DNA of 64,000 nt from assembly GCA_032718475.1 (NCBI GenBank), contig JAUCBJ010004402.1, positions 14,674 through 78,673 on the forward strand. Direction: 5' to 3'. This DNA comes from Nemertoderma westbladi. Lineage: Eukaryota > Animalia > Xenacoelomorpha. Positions 38,801 to 53,800 of the stretch are shown one piece after another. The position numbers and the translations under genes were made by a program. Every line of letters starts with the position of its first letter. The first letter of the stretch is position 1. The notes beneath the pieces were generated by a model. The model made no database searches. It was not told the DNA's origin and worked only from the letters and a program-made list of their open reading frames with translations.

Positions 38801-41800
38801 CAACCCTCGGTTAATAATGTAACAACGGAACAACCCTCGGTTAATAATGTAACAACGGAACAACCCTCGGTTAATAATGTAACAACGGAACAACCACGTT
38901 TAATAATGTAACAACGGAACGACCTCGGTTAATAATGTAACAACGGAACAACCCTCGGTTAATAATGTAAAAACGGAACAACCTCGGCTAATAATGGAAC
39001 AACGGAACAACCACGGTTTATAATGTAACAACGGTACAACCACGGTTAATATTGTAACAACGGAACGACCTCGGTTAATATTGTAACAACGGAACAACCT
39101 CAGTTAATAATATAACAACGGAACAACCCTCGGTTAATAATGTAACAATGGAACAACTTTCGGTTAATAATATAACAACGGAACAACCCTCGGTTAATAA
39201 TGTAACAACGGAACAACCCTCGGTTAATAATGTAACAACGGAACAACCCTCGGTTAATAATATAACAACGGAACAACCCTCGGTTAAGAATGTAACAACG
39301 GAACAACCTCAGTTAATAATGTAACAACGGAACAACTCTCGGTTAATAATATAACAACAGAACAACCACGGTTAATAATGTAACAACGGAACAACCCTCG
39401 GTTAATAATGTAACAACGGAACAACCCTCGGTTAATAATGTAACAACGGAACAACCTCGGTTAATAATATAACAACGGAACAACCCTCGGTTAATAATGT
39501 AACAACGGAACAACCCTCGGTTAATAATGTAACAACGGAACAACCCTCGGTTAATAATGTAACAACGGAACAACCACGGTTAATAATGTAACAACGGAAC
39601 GACCTCGGTTAATAATGTAACAACGGAACAACCCTCGGTTAATAATGTAAAAACGGAACAACCTCGGTTAATAATGGAACAACGGAACAACCACGGTTTA
39701 TAATGTAACAACGGTACAACCACGGTTAATAATGTAACAACGGAACAACCCTCGGTTAATAATGTAACAACGGAACAACCCTCGGTTAATAATGTAACAA
39801 CGGAACAACCTCGGTTAATAATATAACAACGGAACAACCCTCGGTTAATAATGTAACAACGGAACAACCCTCGGTTAATAATGTAACAACGGAACAACCC
39901 TTGGTTAATAATGTAACAACGGAACAACTCTCGGTTAATAATATAACAACAGAACAACCACGGTTAATAATGTAACCACGGAACAACCCTCGGTTAATAA
40001 TGTAACAACGGAACAACCCTCGGTTAATAATGTAACAAAGGAACAACCTCGGTTATAATATAACAACGGAACAACCCTCGGTTAATAATGTAACAACGGA
40101 ACAACTCTCGGTTAATAATATAACAACAGAACAACCACGGTTAATAATGTAACAACGGAACAACCCTCGGTTAATAATGTAACAAAGGAACAACATCGGT
40201 TAATAATATAACAACGGAACAACCCTCGGTTAATAATGTAACAACGGAACAACCCTCGGTTAATAATGTAACAACGGAACAACCCTCGGTTAATAATGTA
40301 ACAACGGAACAACCACGGTTAATAATGTAACAACGGAACGACCTCGGTTAATAATGTAACAACGGAACAACCCTCGGTTAATAATGTAAAAACGGAACAA
40401 CCTCGGTTAATAATGGAACAACGGAACAACCACGGTTTATAATGTAACAACGGTACAACCACGGTTAATATTGTAACAACGGAACGACCTCGGTTAATAT
40501 TGTAACAACGGAACAACCTCAGTTAATAATATAACAACGGAACAACCCTCGGTTAATAATGTAACAATGGAACAACTTTCGGTTATTAATATAACAACGG
40601 AATAACCCTCGGTTAATAATGTAACAACGGAACAACCCTCGGTTAATAATGTAACAACGGAACAACCCTCGGTTAATAATATAACAACGGAACAACCCTC
40701 GGTTAAGAATGTAACAACGGAACAACCTCAGTTAATAATGTAACAACGGAACAACTCTCGGTTAATAATATAACAACAGAACAACCACGGTTAATAATGT
40801 AACAACGGAACAACCCTCGGTTAATAATGTAACAACGGAACAACCCTCGGTTAATAATGTAACAACGGAACAACCTCGGTTAATAATATAACAACGGAAC
40901 AACCCTCGGTTAATAATGTAACAACGGAACAACCCTCGGTTAATAATGTAACAACGGAACAACCCTCGGTTAATAATGTAACAACGGAACAACCCTCGGT
41001 TAATAATGTAACAACGGAACAACCCTCGGTTAATAATATAACAACGAAACAACCTCGGTTAATAATGTAACAACGGAACAACCCTCGCGGTTAATTATGT
41101 AACAACGGAACAACCCTCGGTTAAGAATGTAACAACGGAACAACCTCAGTTAATAATGTAACAACGGAACAACTCTCGGTTAATAATATAACAACAGAAC
41201 AACCACGGTTAATAATGTAACAACGGAACAACCCTCGGTTAATAATGTAACAACGGAACAACCCTCGGTTAATAATGTAACAACGGAACAACCTCGGTTA
41301 ATAATATAACAACGGAACAACCCTCGGTTAATAATGTAACAACGGAACAACCCTCGGTTAATAATGTAACAACGGAACAACCCTTGGTTAATAATGTAAC
41401 AACGGAACAACTCTCGGTTAATAATATAACAACAGAACAACCACGGTTAATAATGTAACAACGGAACAACCCTCGGTTAATAATGTAACAACGGAACAAC
41501 CCTCGGTTAATAATGTAACAAAGGAACAACCTCGGTTATAATATAACAACGGAACAACCCTCGGTTAATAATGTAACAACGGAACAACCCTCGGTTAATA
41601 ATGTAACAACGGAACAACCCTCGGTTAATAATGTAACAACGGAACAACCACGTTTAATAATGTAACAACGGAACGACCTCGGTTAATAATGTAACAACGG
41701 AACAACCCTCGGTTAATAATGTAAAAACGGAACAACCTCGGCTAATAATGGAACAACGGAACAACCACGGTTTATAATGTAACAACGGTACAACCACGGT

Positions 41801-44800
41801 TAATATTGTAACAACGGAACGACCTCGGTTAATATTGTAACAACGGAACAACCTCAGTTAATAATATAACAACGGAACAACCCTCGGTTAATAATGTAAC
41901 AATGGAACAACTTTCGGTTAATAATATAACAACGGAACAACCCTCGGTTAATAATGTAACAACGGAACAACCCTCGGTTAATAATGTAACAACGGAACAA
42001 CCCTCGGTTAATAATATAACAACGGAACAACCCTCGGTTAAGAATGTAACAACGGAACAACCTCAGTTAATAATGTAACAACGGAACAACTCTCGGTTAA
42101 TAATATAACAACAGAACAACCACGGTTAATAATGTAACAACGGAACAACCCTCGGTTAATAATGTAACAACGGAACAACCCTCGGTTAATAATGTAACAA
42201 CGGAACAACCTCGGTTAATAATATAACAACGGAACAACCCTCGGTTAATAATGTAACAACGGAACAACCCTCGGTTAATAATGTAACAACGGAACAACCC
42301 TCGGTTAATAATGTAACAACGGAACAACCACGGTTAATAATGTAACAACGGAACGACCTCGGTTAATAATGTAACAACGGAACAACCCTCGGTTAATAAT
42401 GTAAAAACGGAACAACCTCGGTTAATAATGGAACAACGGAACAACCACGGTTTATAATGTAACAACGGTACAACCACGGTTAATAATGTAACAACGGAAC
42501 AACCCTCGGTTAATAATGTAACAACGGAACAACCCTCGGTTAATAATGTAACAACGGAACAACCTCGGTTAATAATATAACAACGGAACAACCCTCGGTT
42601 AATAATGTAACAACGGAACAACCCTCGGTTAATAATGTAACAACGGAACAACCCTTGGTTAATAATGTAACAACGGAACAACTCTCGGTTAATAATATAA
42701 CAACAGAACAACCACGGTTAATAATGTAACCACGGAACAACCCTCGGTTAATAATGTAACAACGGAACAACCCTCGGTTAATAATGTAACAAAGGAACAA
42801 CCTCGGTTATAATATAACAACGGAACAACCCTCGGTTAATAATGTAACAACGGAACAACCCTCGGTTAATAATGTAACAACGGAACAACCCTCGGTTAAT
42901 AATGTAACAACGGAACAACCACGGTTAATAATGTAACAACGGAACGACCTCGGTTAATAATGTAACAACGGAACAACCCTCGGTTAATAATGTAAAAACG
43001 GAACAACCTCGGTTAATAATGGAACAACGGAACAACCACGGTTTATAATGTAACAACGGTACAACCACGGTTAATATTGTAACAACGGAACGACCTCGGT
43101 TAATATTGTAAAAACGGAACAACCTCAGTTAATAATATAACAACGGAACAACCCTCGGTTAATAATGTAACAATGGAACAACTTTCGGTTAATAATATAA
43201 CAACGGAACAACCCTCGGTTAATAATGTAACAACGGAACAACCCTCGGTTAATAATGTAACAACGGAACAACCCTCGGTTAATAATATAACAACGGAACA
43301 ACCCTCGGTTAAGAATGTAACAACGGAACAACCTCAGTTAATAATGTAACAACGGAACAACTCTCGGTTAATAATATAACAACAGAACAACCACGGTTAA
43401 TAATGTAACAACGGAACAACCCTCGGTTAATAATGTAACAACGGAACAACCCTCGGTTAATAATGTAACAACGGAACAACCTCGGTTAATAATATAACAA
43501 CGGAACAACCCTCGGTTAATAATGTAACAACGGAACAACCCTCGGTTAATAATGTAACAACGGAACAACCCTCGGTTAATAATGTAACAACGGAACAACC
43601 ACGGTTAATAATGTAACAACGGAACGACCTCGGTTAATAATGTAACAACGGAACAACCCTCGGTTAATAATGTAAAAACGGAACAACCTCGGTTAATAAT
43701 GGAACAACGGAACAACCACGGTTTATAATGTAACAACGGTACAACCACGGTTAATATTGTAACAACGGAACGACCTCGGTTAATATTGTAACAACGGAAC
43801 AACCTCAGTTAATAATATAACAACGGAACAACCCGCGGTTAATAATGTAACAATGGAACAACCCTTGGTTAATAATATAACAACGGAACAACCCTCGGTT
43901 AAGAATGTAACAACGGAACAACCTCAGTTAATAATGCAACAACGGAACAACTCTCGGTTAATAATATAACAACGGAACAACCCTCGGTTAATAATGCAAC
44001 AACCCTCGGTTAATAATGTAACAAAGGAACAACCACGGTTAATAATGTAACAACGGAACAACCCTCGGTTAATAATGTAACAACGGAACAACCTCAGTTA
44101 ATAATGGAATAACGGAACAACCTCGGTTAATAATATAACAACGGAACAACCTCGGTTAATAATATAACAACGGAACAACCTCAGTTAATAATGGAATAAC
44201 GGAACAACCTCGGTTAATAATATAACAACGGAACAACCTTGGTTAATAATGTAACAACGGAACAACCTCAGTTAATAATATAACAACGGAACAACCATCG
44301 GTTAATAATGTAACAACGGATCAACCTCGGTTAATAATGTAACAACGAAACAACCTCGGTTAATAATGGAACAACACACGGTTAATGATGTAACAACGGA
44401 ACAACCCTCAGTTAATAATGGAACAACACACGGTTAATAATGTAACAACGGAACGACCTCGGTTAATAATGTAACAACAGAACAACCTCGGTTAATATTG
44501 TAACAACGGAACAACCTCGGTTAATAATGTAACAACGGAACAACCTCGGTTTATAATGGAACAACATCGATTAATAATGGAACAACCCTCGGTTAATAAT
44601 GTAACAATGGAACAACCCCGGTTTATAATGTAACAACGGAACAACCTCGGTTAATAATGTAACAACGGAACAACCTCGGTTAATAATGTAACAACGGAAC
44701 AACCTCGTTTTATAATGGAACAACATCGATTAATAATGGAACAACCCTCGGTTAATCATGTAACAATGGAACAACCCCGGTTTATAATGTAACAACGGAA

Positions 44801-47800
44801 CAACCTCGGTTAATAATGTAACAATGGAACAACGGAACAACCTCGGTTAATAATGTAACAACGGAACAACCCTCGGTTAATAATGTAACAAAGGAACAAC
44901 CTCGGTTAATAATATAACAACGGAACAACCCTCGGTTAATAATGTAACAACGGAACAACCCTCGGTTAATAATGTAACAACGGAACAACCCTCGGTTAAT
45001 AATGTAACAACGGAACAACCACGGTTAATAATGTAACAACGGAACGACCTCGGTTAATAATGTAACAACGGAACAACCCTCGGTTAATAATGTAAAAACG
45101 GAACAACCTCGGTTAATAATGGAACAACGGAACAACCACGGTTTATAATGTAACAACGGTACAACCACGGTTAATATTGTAACAACGGAACGACCTCGGT
45201 TAATATTGTAACAACGGAACAACCTCAGTTAATAATATAACAACGGAACAACCCTCGGTTAATAATGTAACAATGGAACAACTTTCGGTTAATAATATAA
45301 CAACGGAACAACCCTCGGTTAATAATGTAACAACGGAACAACCCTCGGTTAATAATGTAACAACGGAACAACCCTCGGTTAATAATATAACAACGGAACA
45401 ACCCTCGGTTAAGAATGTAACAACGGAACAACCTCAGTTAATAATGTAACAACGGAACAACTCTCGGTTAATAATATAACAACAGAACAACCACGGTTAA
45501 TAATGTAACAACGGAACAACCCTCGGTTAATAATGTAACAACGGAACAACCCTCGGTTAATAATGTAACAACGGAACAACCTCGGTTAATAATATAACAA
45601 CGGAGCAACCCTCGGTTAATAATGTAACAACGGAACAACCCTCGGTTAATAATGTAACAACGGAACAACCCTTGGTTAATAATGTAACAACGGAACAACT
45701 CTCGGTTAATAATATAACAACAGAACAACCACGGTTAATAATGTAACAACGGAACAACCCTCGGTTAATAATGTAACAACGGAACAACCCTCGGTTAATA
45801 ATGTAACAAAGGAACAACATCGGTTAATAATATAACAACGGAACAACCCTCGGTTAATAATGTAACAACGGAACAACCCTCGGTTAATAATGTAACAACG
45901 GAACAACCCTCGGTTAATAATGTAACAACGGAACAACCACGGTTAATAATGTAACAACGGAACGACCTCGGTTAATAATGTAACAACGGAACAACCCTCG
46001 GTTAATAATGTAAAAACGGAACAACCTCGGTTAATAATGGAACAACGGAACAACCACGGTTTATAATGTAACAACGGTACAACCACGGTTAATATTGTAA
46101 CAACGGAACGACCTCGGTTAATATTGTAACAACGGAACAACCTCAGTTAATAATATAACAACGGAACAACCCTCGGTTAATAATGTAACAATGGAACAAC
46201 TTTCGGTTATTAATATAACAACGGAACAACCCTCGGTTAATAATGTAACAACGGAACAACCCTCGGTTAATAATGTAACAACGGAACAACCCTCGGTTAA
46301 TAATATAACAACGGAACAACCCTCGGTTAAGAATGTAACAACGGAACAACCTCAGTTAATAATGTAACAACGGAACAACTCTCGGTTAATAATATAACAA
46401 CAGAACAACCACGGTTAATAATGTAACAACGGAACAACCCTCGGTTAATAATGTAACAACGGAACAACCCTCGGTTAATAATGTAACAACGGAACAACCT
46501 CGGTTAATAATATAACAACGGAACAACCCTCGGTTAATAATGTAACAACGGAACAACCCTCGGTTAATAATGTAACAACGGAACAACCCTCGGTTAATAA
46601 TGTAACAACGGAACAACCACGGTTAATAATGTAACAACGGAACGACCTCGGTTAATAATGTAACAACGGAACAACCCTCGGTTAATAATGTAAAAACGGA
46701 ACAACCTCGGTTAATAATGGAACAACGGAACAACCACGGTTTATAATGTAACAACGGTACAACCACGGTTAATATTGTAACAACGGAACGACCTCGGTTA
46801 ATATTGTAACAACGGAACAACCTCAGTTAATAATATAACAACGGAACAACCCGCGGTTAATAATGTAACAATGGAACAACTTTCGGTTAATAATATAACA
46901 ACGGAACAACCCTCGGTTAATAATGTAACAACGGAACAACCCTCGGTTAATAATATAACAACGGAACAACCCTCGGTTAAGAATGTAACAACGGAACAAC
47001 CTCAGTTAATAATGTAACAACGGAACAACTCTCGGTTAATAATATAACAACGGAACAACCCTCGGTTAATAATGGAACAACCCTCGGTTAATAATGTAAC
47101 AAAGGAACAACCACGGTTAATAATGTAACAACGGAACAACCCTCGGTTAATAATGTAACAACGGAACAACCTCAGTTAATAATGGAATAACGGAACAACC
47201 TCGGTTAATAATATAACAACGGAACAACCTCGGTTAATAATATAACAACGGAACAACCTCAGTTAATAATGGAATAACGGAACAACCTCGGTTAATAATA
47301 TAACAACGGAACAACCTTGGTTAATAATGTAACAACGGAACAACCTCAGTTAATAAAATAACAACGGAACAACCATCGGTTAATAATGTAACAACGGATC
47401 AACCTCGGTTAATAATGGAACAACACACGGTTAATGATGTAACAACGGAACAACCCTCAGTTAATAATGGAACAACACACGGTTAATAATGTAACAACGG
47501 AACGACCTCGGTTAATAATGTAACAACAGAACAACCTCGGTTAATATTGTAACAACGGAACAACCTCGGTTAATAATGTAACAACGGAACAACCTCGGTT
47601 TATAATGGAACAACATCGATTAATAATGGAACAACCTTGGTTAATAATGTAACAATGGAACAACCCCGGTTTATAATGTAACAACGGAACAACCTCGGTT
47701 AATAATGTAACAACGGAACAACCTCGGTTAATAATGTAACAACGGAACAACCTCGTTTTATAATGGAACAACATCGATTAATAATGGAACAACCCTCGGT

Positions 47801-50800
47801 TAATAATGTAACAATGGAACAACCCCGGTTTATAATGTAACAACGGAACAACTTCGGTTAATAATGTAACAATGGAACAACGGAACAACCTCGGTTAATA
47901 ATGTAACAAAGGAACAACCACGGTTAATAATGTAACAACGGAACGACCTCGGTTAATAATGTAACAACGGTACAACCACGGTTAATAATGTAACAACGGA
48001 ACAACCAGGGTTAATAATGTAACAACGGAACGACCTAGGTTAATATTGTAACAACGGTACAACCACGGTTAATAATGTAACAACGGAACAACCAGGGTTA
48101 ATAATGTAACAACGGAACGACCTCGGTTAATATTGTAACAACGGTACAACCACGGTTAATAATGTAACAATGGAACAACCACGGTTAATAATGTAACAAC
48201 GGAACGACCTCGGTTAATAATGTAACAACGGAACAACCATGGTTAATAATATAACAACGGAACAACCCTCGGTTAGTAATGTAACAACGGAACAACCTCG
48301 GTTAATAATGTAACAACGGAACGACCTCGGTTAATAATATAACAACGGAACAACCCTCGGTTAATAATGTAACAACGGAACAACCCTCGGTTAATAATGG
48401 AACAACGGAACAACCCTCGGTTAATAATATAACAACGGAACAACCCTCGGTTAACAATATAACAACGGAACAACCTCGGTTAATAATGTAACAACGGAAC
48501 ACGCATCGGTTAATAATATAACAACGGAACAACCACGGTTAATAATGTAACAACGGAACAACCCTCGGTTAACAATATAACAACGGAACAACCTCGGTTA
48601 ATAATGTAACAACGGAACACGCCTCGGTTAATAATGTAACAACGGAACAACCCTCGGTTAATAATGTAACAACGGAACAACCTCGGTTAATAATGGAACA
48701 ACGGAACAACCCTCGGTTAACAATATAACAACGGAACAACCACGGTTAATAATGTAACAACGGAACAACCCTTGGTTAATAATATAACAACGGAACAACC
48801 CTCGGTTAACAATATAACAACGGAACAACCTCGGTTAATAATGTAACAACGGAACAACCTCGGTTAATAATGTAACAACGGAACAACCCTTGGTTAATAA
48901 TGGAACAACGGAACAACCCTCGGTTAACAATATAACAACGGAACAACCACGGTTAATAATGTAACAACGGAACAACCCTTGGTTAATAATATAACAACGG
49001 AACAACCCTCGGTTAATAATGTAACAACGGAACAACCCTTGGTTAATAATATAACAACGGAACAACCCTCGGTTAATAATGTAACAACGGAACAACCTCG
49101 GTTAATAATGTAACAACGGAACAACCTCTGTTAATAATGTAACAACGGAACAACCTCGGTTAATAATGTAACAACGGAACAACCCTCGGTTAATAATGTA
49201 ACAACGGAACAACCTCGGTTAATAATGTAACAACGGAACAACCCTCGGTTAATAATGTAACAACGGAACAACCCTCGGTTAATAATGTAACAACGGAACA
49301 ACCCTCGGTTAATAATGTAACAACGGAACAACCCTCGGTTAATAATGTAACAACGGAACAACCTCGGTTAATAATGTAACAACGGAACGACCTCGGTTAA
49401 TAATGTAACAACCTCGATTAATAATGGAACAACCCTCGGTTAATAATGTAACAACGGAACAACCCTCGGTTAATAATGTAACAACGGAACAACCCTCGGT
49501 TAATAATGTAACAACGGAACAACCCTCGGTTAATAATGTAACAACGGAACAACCTCGGTTAATAATGTAACAACGGAACGACCTCGGTTAATAATGTAAC
49601 AACCTCGATTAATAATGGAACAACCCTCGGTTAATAATGTAACAATGGAACAACCCCCGGTTAATAATATAACAACGGAACAACCACGGTTAATAATGTA
49701 ACAACGGAACAACCTCGGTTAATAATGTAACAACGGAACGACCTCGGTTAATAATGTAACAACCTCGATTAATAATGGAACAACCCTCGGTTAATAATGT
49801 AACAATGGAACAACCCCCGGTTAATAATATAACAACGGAACAACCCTCGGTTAATAATGTAACAACGGAACAACCCTCGGTTAATAATGTAACAACGGAA
49901 CAACCTCGATTAATAATGGAACAACCCTCGGTTAACAATATAACAACGGAACAACCACGGTTAATAATGTAACAACGGAACAACCCTCGGTTAATAATGT
50001 AACAACGGAACAACCTCGGTTAATAATGTAACTACGGAACAACCCCCGGTTAATAATATAACAACGGAACAACCCTCGGTTAATAATGTAACAACGGAAC
50101 AACCCTCGGTTAATAATGTAACAACGGAACAACCTCGATTAATAATGGAATAACCCTCGGTTAACAATATAACAACGGAACAACCACGGTTAATAATGTA
50201 ACAACGGAACAACCTCGGTTAATAATGTAACAACGGAACAACCCTCGGTTAATAATGTAACAACGGAACAACCCTCGGTTAATAATGTAACAACGGAACA
50301 ACCTCGGTTAATAATGTAACAACGGATCAACCTCGGTTAATAATGTAACAACGGAACAACCCTCGGTTAATAATGTAACAACGGAACAACCTCGGTTAAT
50401 AATGTAACAACGGAACAACCCTCGGTTAATAATGTAACAACGGAACAACCCTCGGTTAATAATGTAACAACGGAACAACCTCTGTTAATAATGTAACAAC
50501 GGAACAACCTCGGTTAATAATGTAACAACGGAACAACCCTCGGTTAATAATGTAACAACGGAACAACCTCGGTTAATAATGTAACAACGGAACAACCCTC
50601 GGTTAATAATGTAACAACGGAACAACCCTCGGTTAATAATGTAACAACGGAACAACCCTCGGTTAACAATATAACAACGGAACAACCTCGGTTAATAATG
50701 TAACAACGGAACAACCTCGGTTAATAATGTAACAACGGAACAACCTCGGTTAATAATGTAACAACGGAACAACCTCTGTTAATAATGTAACAACGGAACA

Positions 50801-53800
50801 ACCTCGGTTAATAATGTAACAACGGAACAACCCTCGGTTAATAATGGAACAACGGAACAACCTCGGTTAATAATGTAACAACGGAACAACCCTCGGTTAA
50901 TAATGTAACAACGGAACAACCCTCGGTTAATAATGTAACAACGGAACAACCTCGGTTAATAATGTAACAACGGAACAACCCTCGGTTAATAATGTAACAA
51001 CGGAACAACCCTCGGTTAATAATGTAACAACGGAACAACCTCTGTTAATAATGTAACAACGGAACAACCTCGGTTAATAATGTAACAACGGAACAACCCT
51101 CGGTTAATAATGTAACAACGGAACAACCTCGGTTAATAATGTAACAACGGAACAACCCTCGGTTAATAATGTAACAACGGAACAACCCTCGGTTAATAAT
51201 GTAACAACGGAACAACCTCGGTTAATAATGTAACAACGGAACAACCCTCGGTTAATAATGTAACAACAGAACAACCTCTGTTAATAATGTAACAACGGAA
51301 CAACCTCGGCTAATAATGTAACAACGGAACAACCCTCGGTTAATAATGGAACAACGGAACAACCTCGGTTAATAATGTAACAACGGAACAACCTCGGTTA
51401 ATAATGTAACAACGGAACAACCCTCGGTTAATAATGTAACAACGGAACAACCCTCGGTTAATAATGTAACAACGGAACAACCCTCGGTTAACAATATAAC
51501 AACGGAACAACCTCGGTTAATAATGTAACAACGGAACAACCCTTGGTTAATAATGTAACAACGGAACAACCCTCGGTTAATAATGTAACAACAGAACAAC
51601 CTCTGTTAATAATGTAACAACGGAACAACCTCGGCTAATAATGTAACAACGGAACAACCCTCGGTTAATAATGTAACAACGGAACAACCTCGGTTAATAA
51701 TGTAACAACGGAACAACCCTCGGTTAATAATGTAACAACAGAACAACCTCTGTTAATAATGTAACAACGGAACAACCTCGGCTAATAATGTAACAACGGA
51801 ACAACCCTCGGTTAATAATGTAACAACGGAACAACCCTCGGTTAACAATATAACAACGGAACAACCTCGGTTAATAATGTAACAACGGAACAACCCTTGG
51901 TTAATAATATAACAACGGAACAACCCTCGGTTAATAATGTAACAACGGAACAACCTCGGTTAATAATGTAACAACGGAACAACCTCGGTTAATAATGTAA
52001 CAACGGAACAACCTCTGTTAATAATGTAACAACGGAACAACCTCGGTTAATAATGTAACAACGGAACAACCCTTGGTTAATAATGTAACAACGGAACAAC
52101 CCTCGGTTAATAATGTAACAACGGAACAACCTCGGTTAATAATGTAACAACGGAACAACCCTTGGTTAATAATATAACAACGGAACAACCCTCGGTTAAT
52201 AATGTAACAACGGAACAACCTCGGTTAATAATGTAACAACGGAACAACCTCGGTTAATAATGTAACAACGGAACAACCTCTGTTAATAATGTAACAACGG
52301 AACAACCTCGGTTAATAATGTAACAACGGAACAACCCTCGGTTAATAACGGAACAACCCTCGGTTAATAATGGAACAACGGAACAACCCTCGGTTAATAA
52401 TGGAACAACGGAACAACCTCGGTTAATAATGTAACAACGGAACAACCCTCGGTTAATAATGGAACAACGGAACAACCCTCGGTTAATAATGGAACAACGG
52501 AACAACCTCGGTTAATAATGTAACAACGGAACAACCCTCGGTTAATAATGGAACAACGGAACAACCTCGGTTAATAATGTAACAACGGAACAACCTCGGT
52601 TAATAATGGAACAACGGAACAACCTCGGTTAATAATGTAACAAACCTCGGTTAATAATGTAACAACCCTCGGTTAATAAATGTAACAACGGAACAACCCT
52701 CGGTTAATAATGTAACAACGAAACAACCTCGGTTAATAATGTAACAACGGAACAACCCTCGGTTAATAATGTAACAACGGAACAACCTTCGGTTAATAAT
52801 GTAACAATGGAACAACCTCGGTTAATAATGTATCAACGGAACAACCTTCGGTTAATAATGTAACAATGGAACAACCTCGGTTAATAATGTATCAACGGAA
52901 CAACCTCGGTTAATAATGTAACAACGGAACAACCTCGGTTAATAATGTAACAACGGAACAACCTCTGTTAATAATGTAACAACGGAACAACCTCGGTTAA
53001 TAATGTAACAACGGAACAACCCTCGGTTAATAATGGAACAACGGAACAACCTCGGTTAATAATGTAACAACGGAACAACCCTCGGTTAATAATGTAACAA
53101 CGGAACAACCCTCGGTTAATAATGTAACAACGGAACAACCTCGGTTAATAATGTAACAACGGAACAACCCTCGGTTAATAATGTAACAACGGAACAACCC
53201 TCGGTTAATAATGTAACAACGGAACAACCTCTGTTAATAATGTATCAACGGAACAACCTCGGTTAATAATGTAACAACGGAACAACCCTCGGTTAATAAT
53301 GTAACAACGGAACAACCTCGGTTAATAATGTAACAACGGAACAACCCTCGGTTAATAATGTAACAACGGAACAACCCTCGGTTAATAATGTAACAACGGA
53401 ACAACCTCGGTTAATAATGTAACAACGGAACAACCCTCGGTTAATAATGTAACAACAGAACAACCTCTGTTAATAATGTAACAACGGAACAACCTCGGCT
53501 AATAATGTAACAACGGAACAACCCTCGGTTAATAATGTAACAACGGAACAACCTCGGTTAATAATGTAACAACGGAACAACCCTCGGTTAATAATGTAAC
53601 AACGGAACAACCCTCGGTTAATAATGTAACAACGGAACAACCCTCGGTTAACAATATAACAACGGAACAACCTCGGTTAATAATGTAACAACGGAACAAC
53701 CCTTGGTTAATAATATAACAACGGAACAACCCTCGGTTAATAATGTAACAACGGAACAACCTCGGTTAATAATGTAACAACGGAACAACCTCGGTTAATA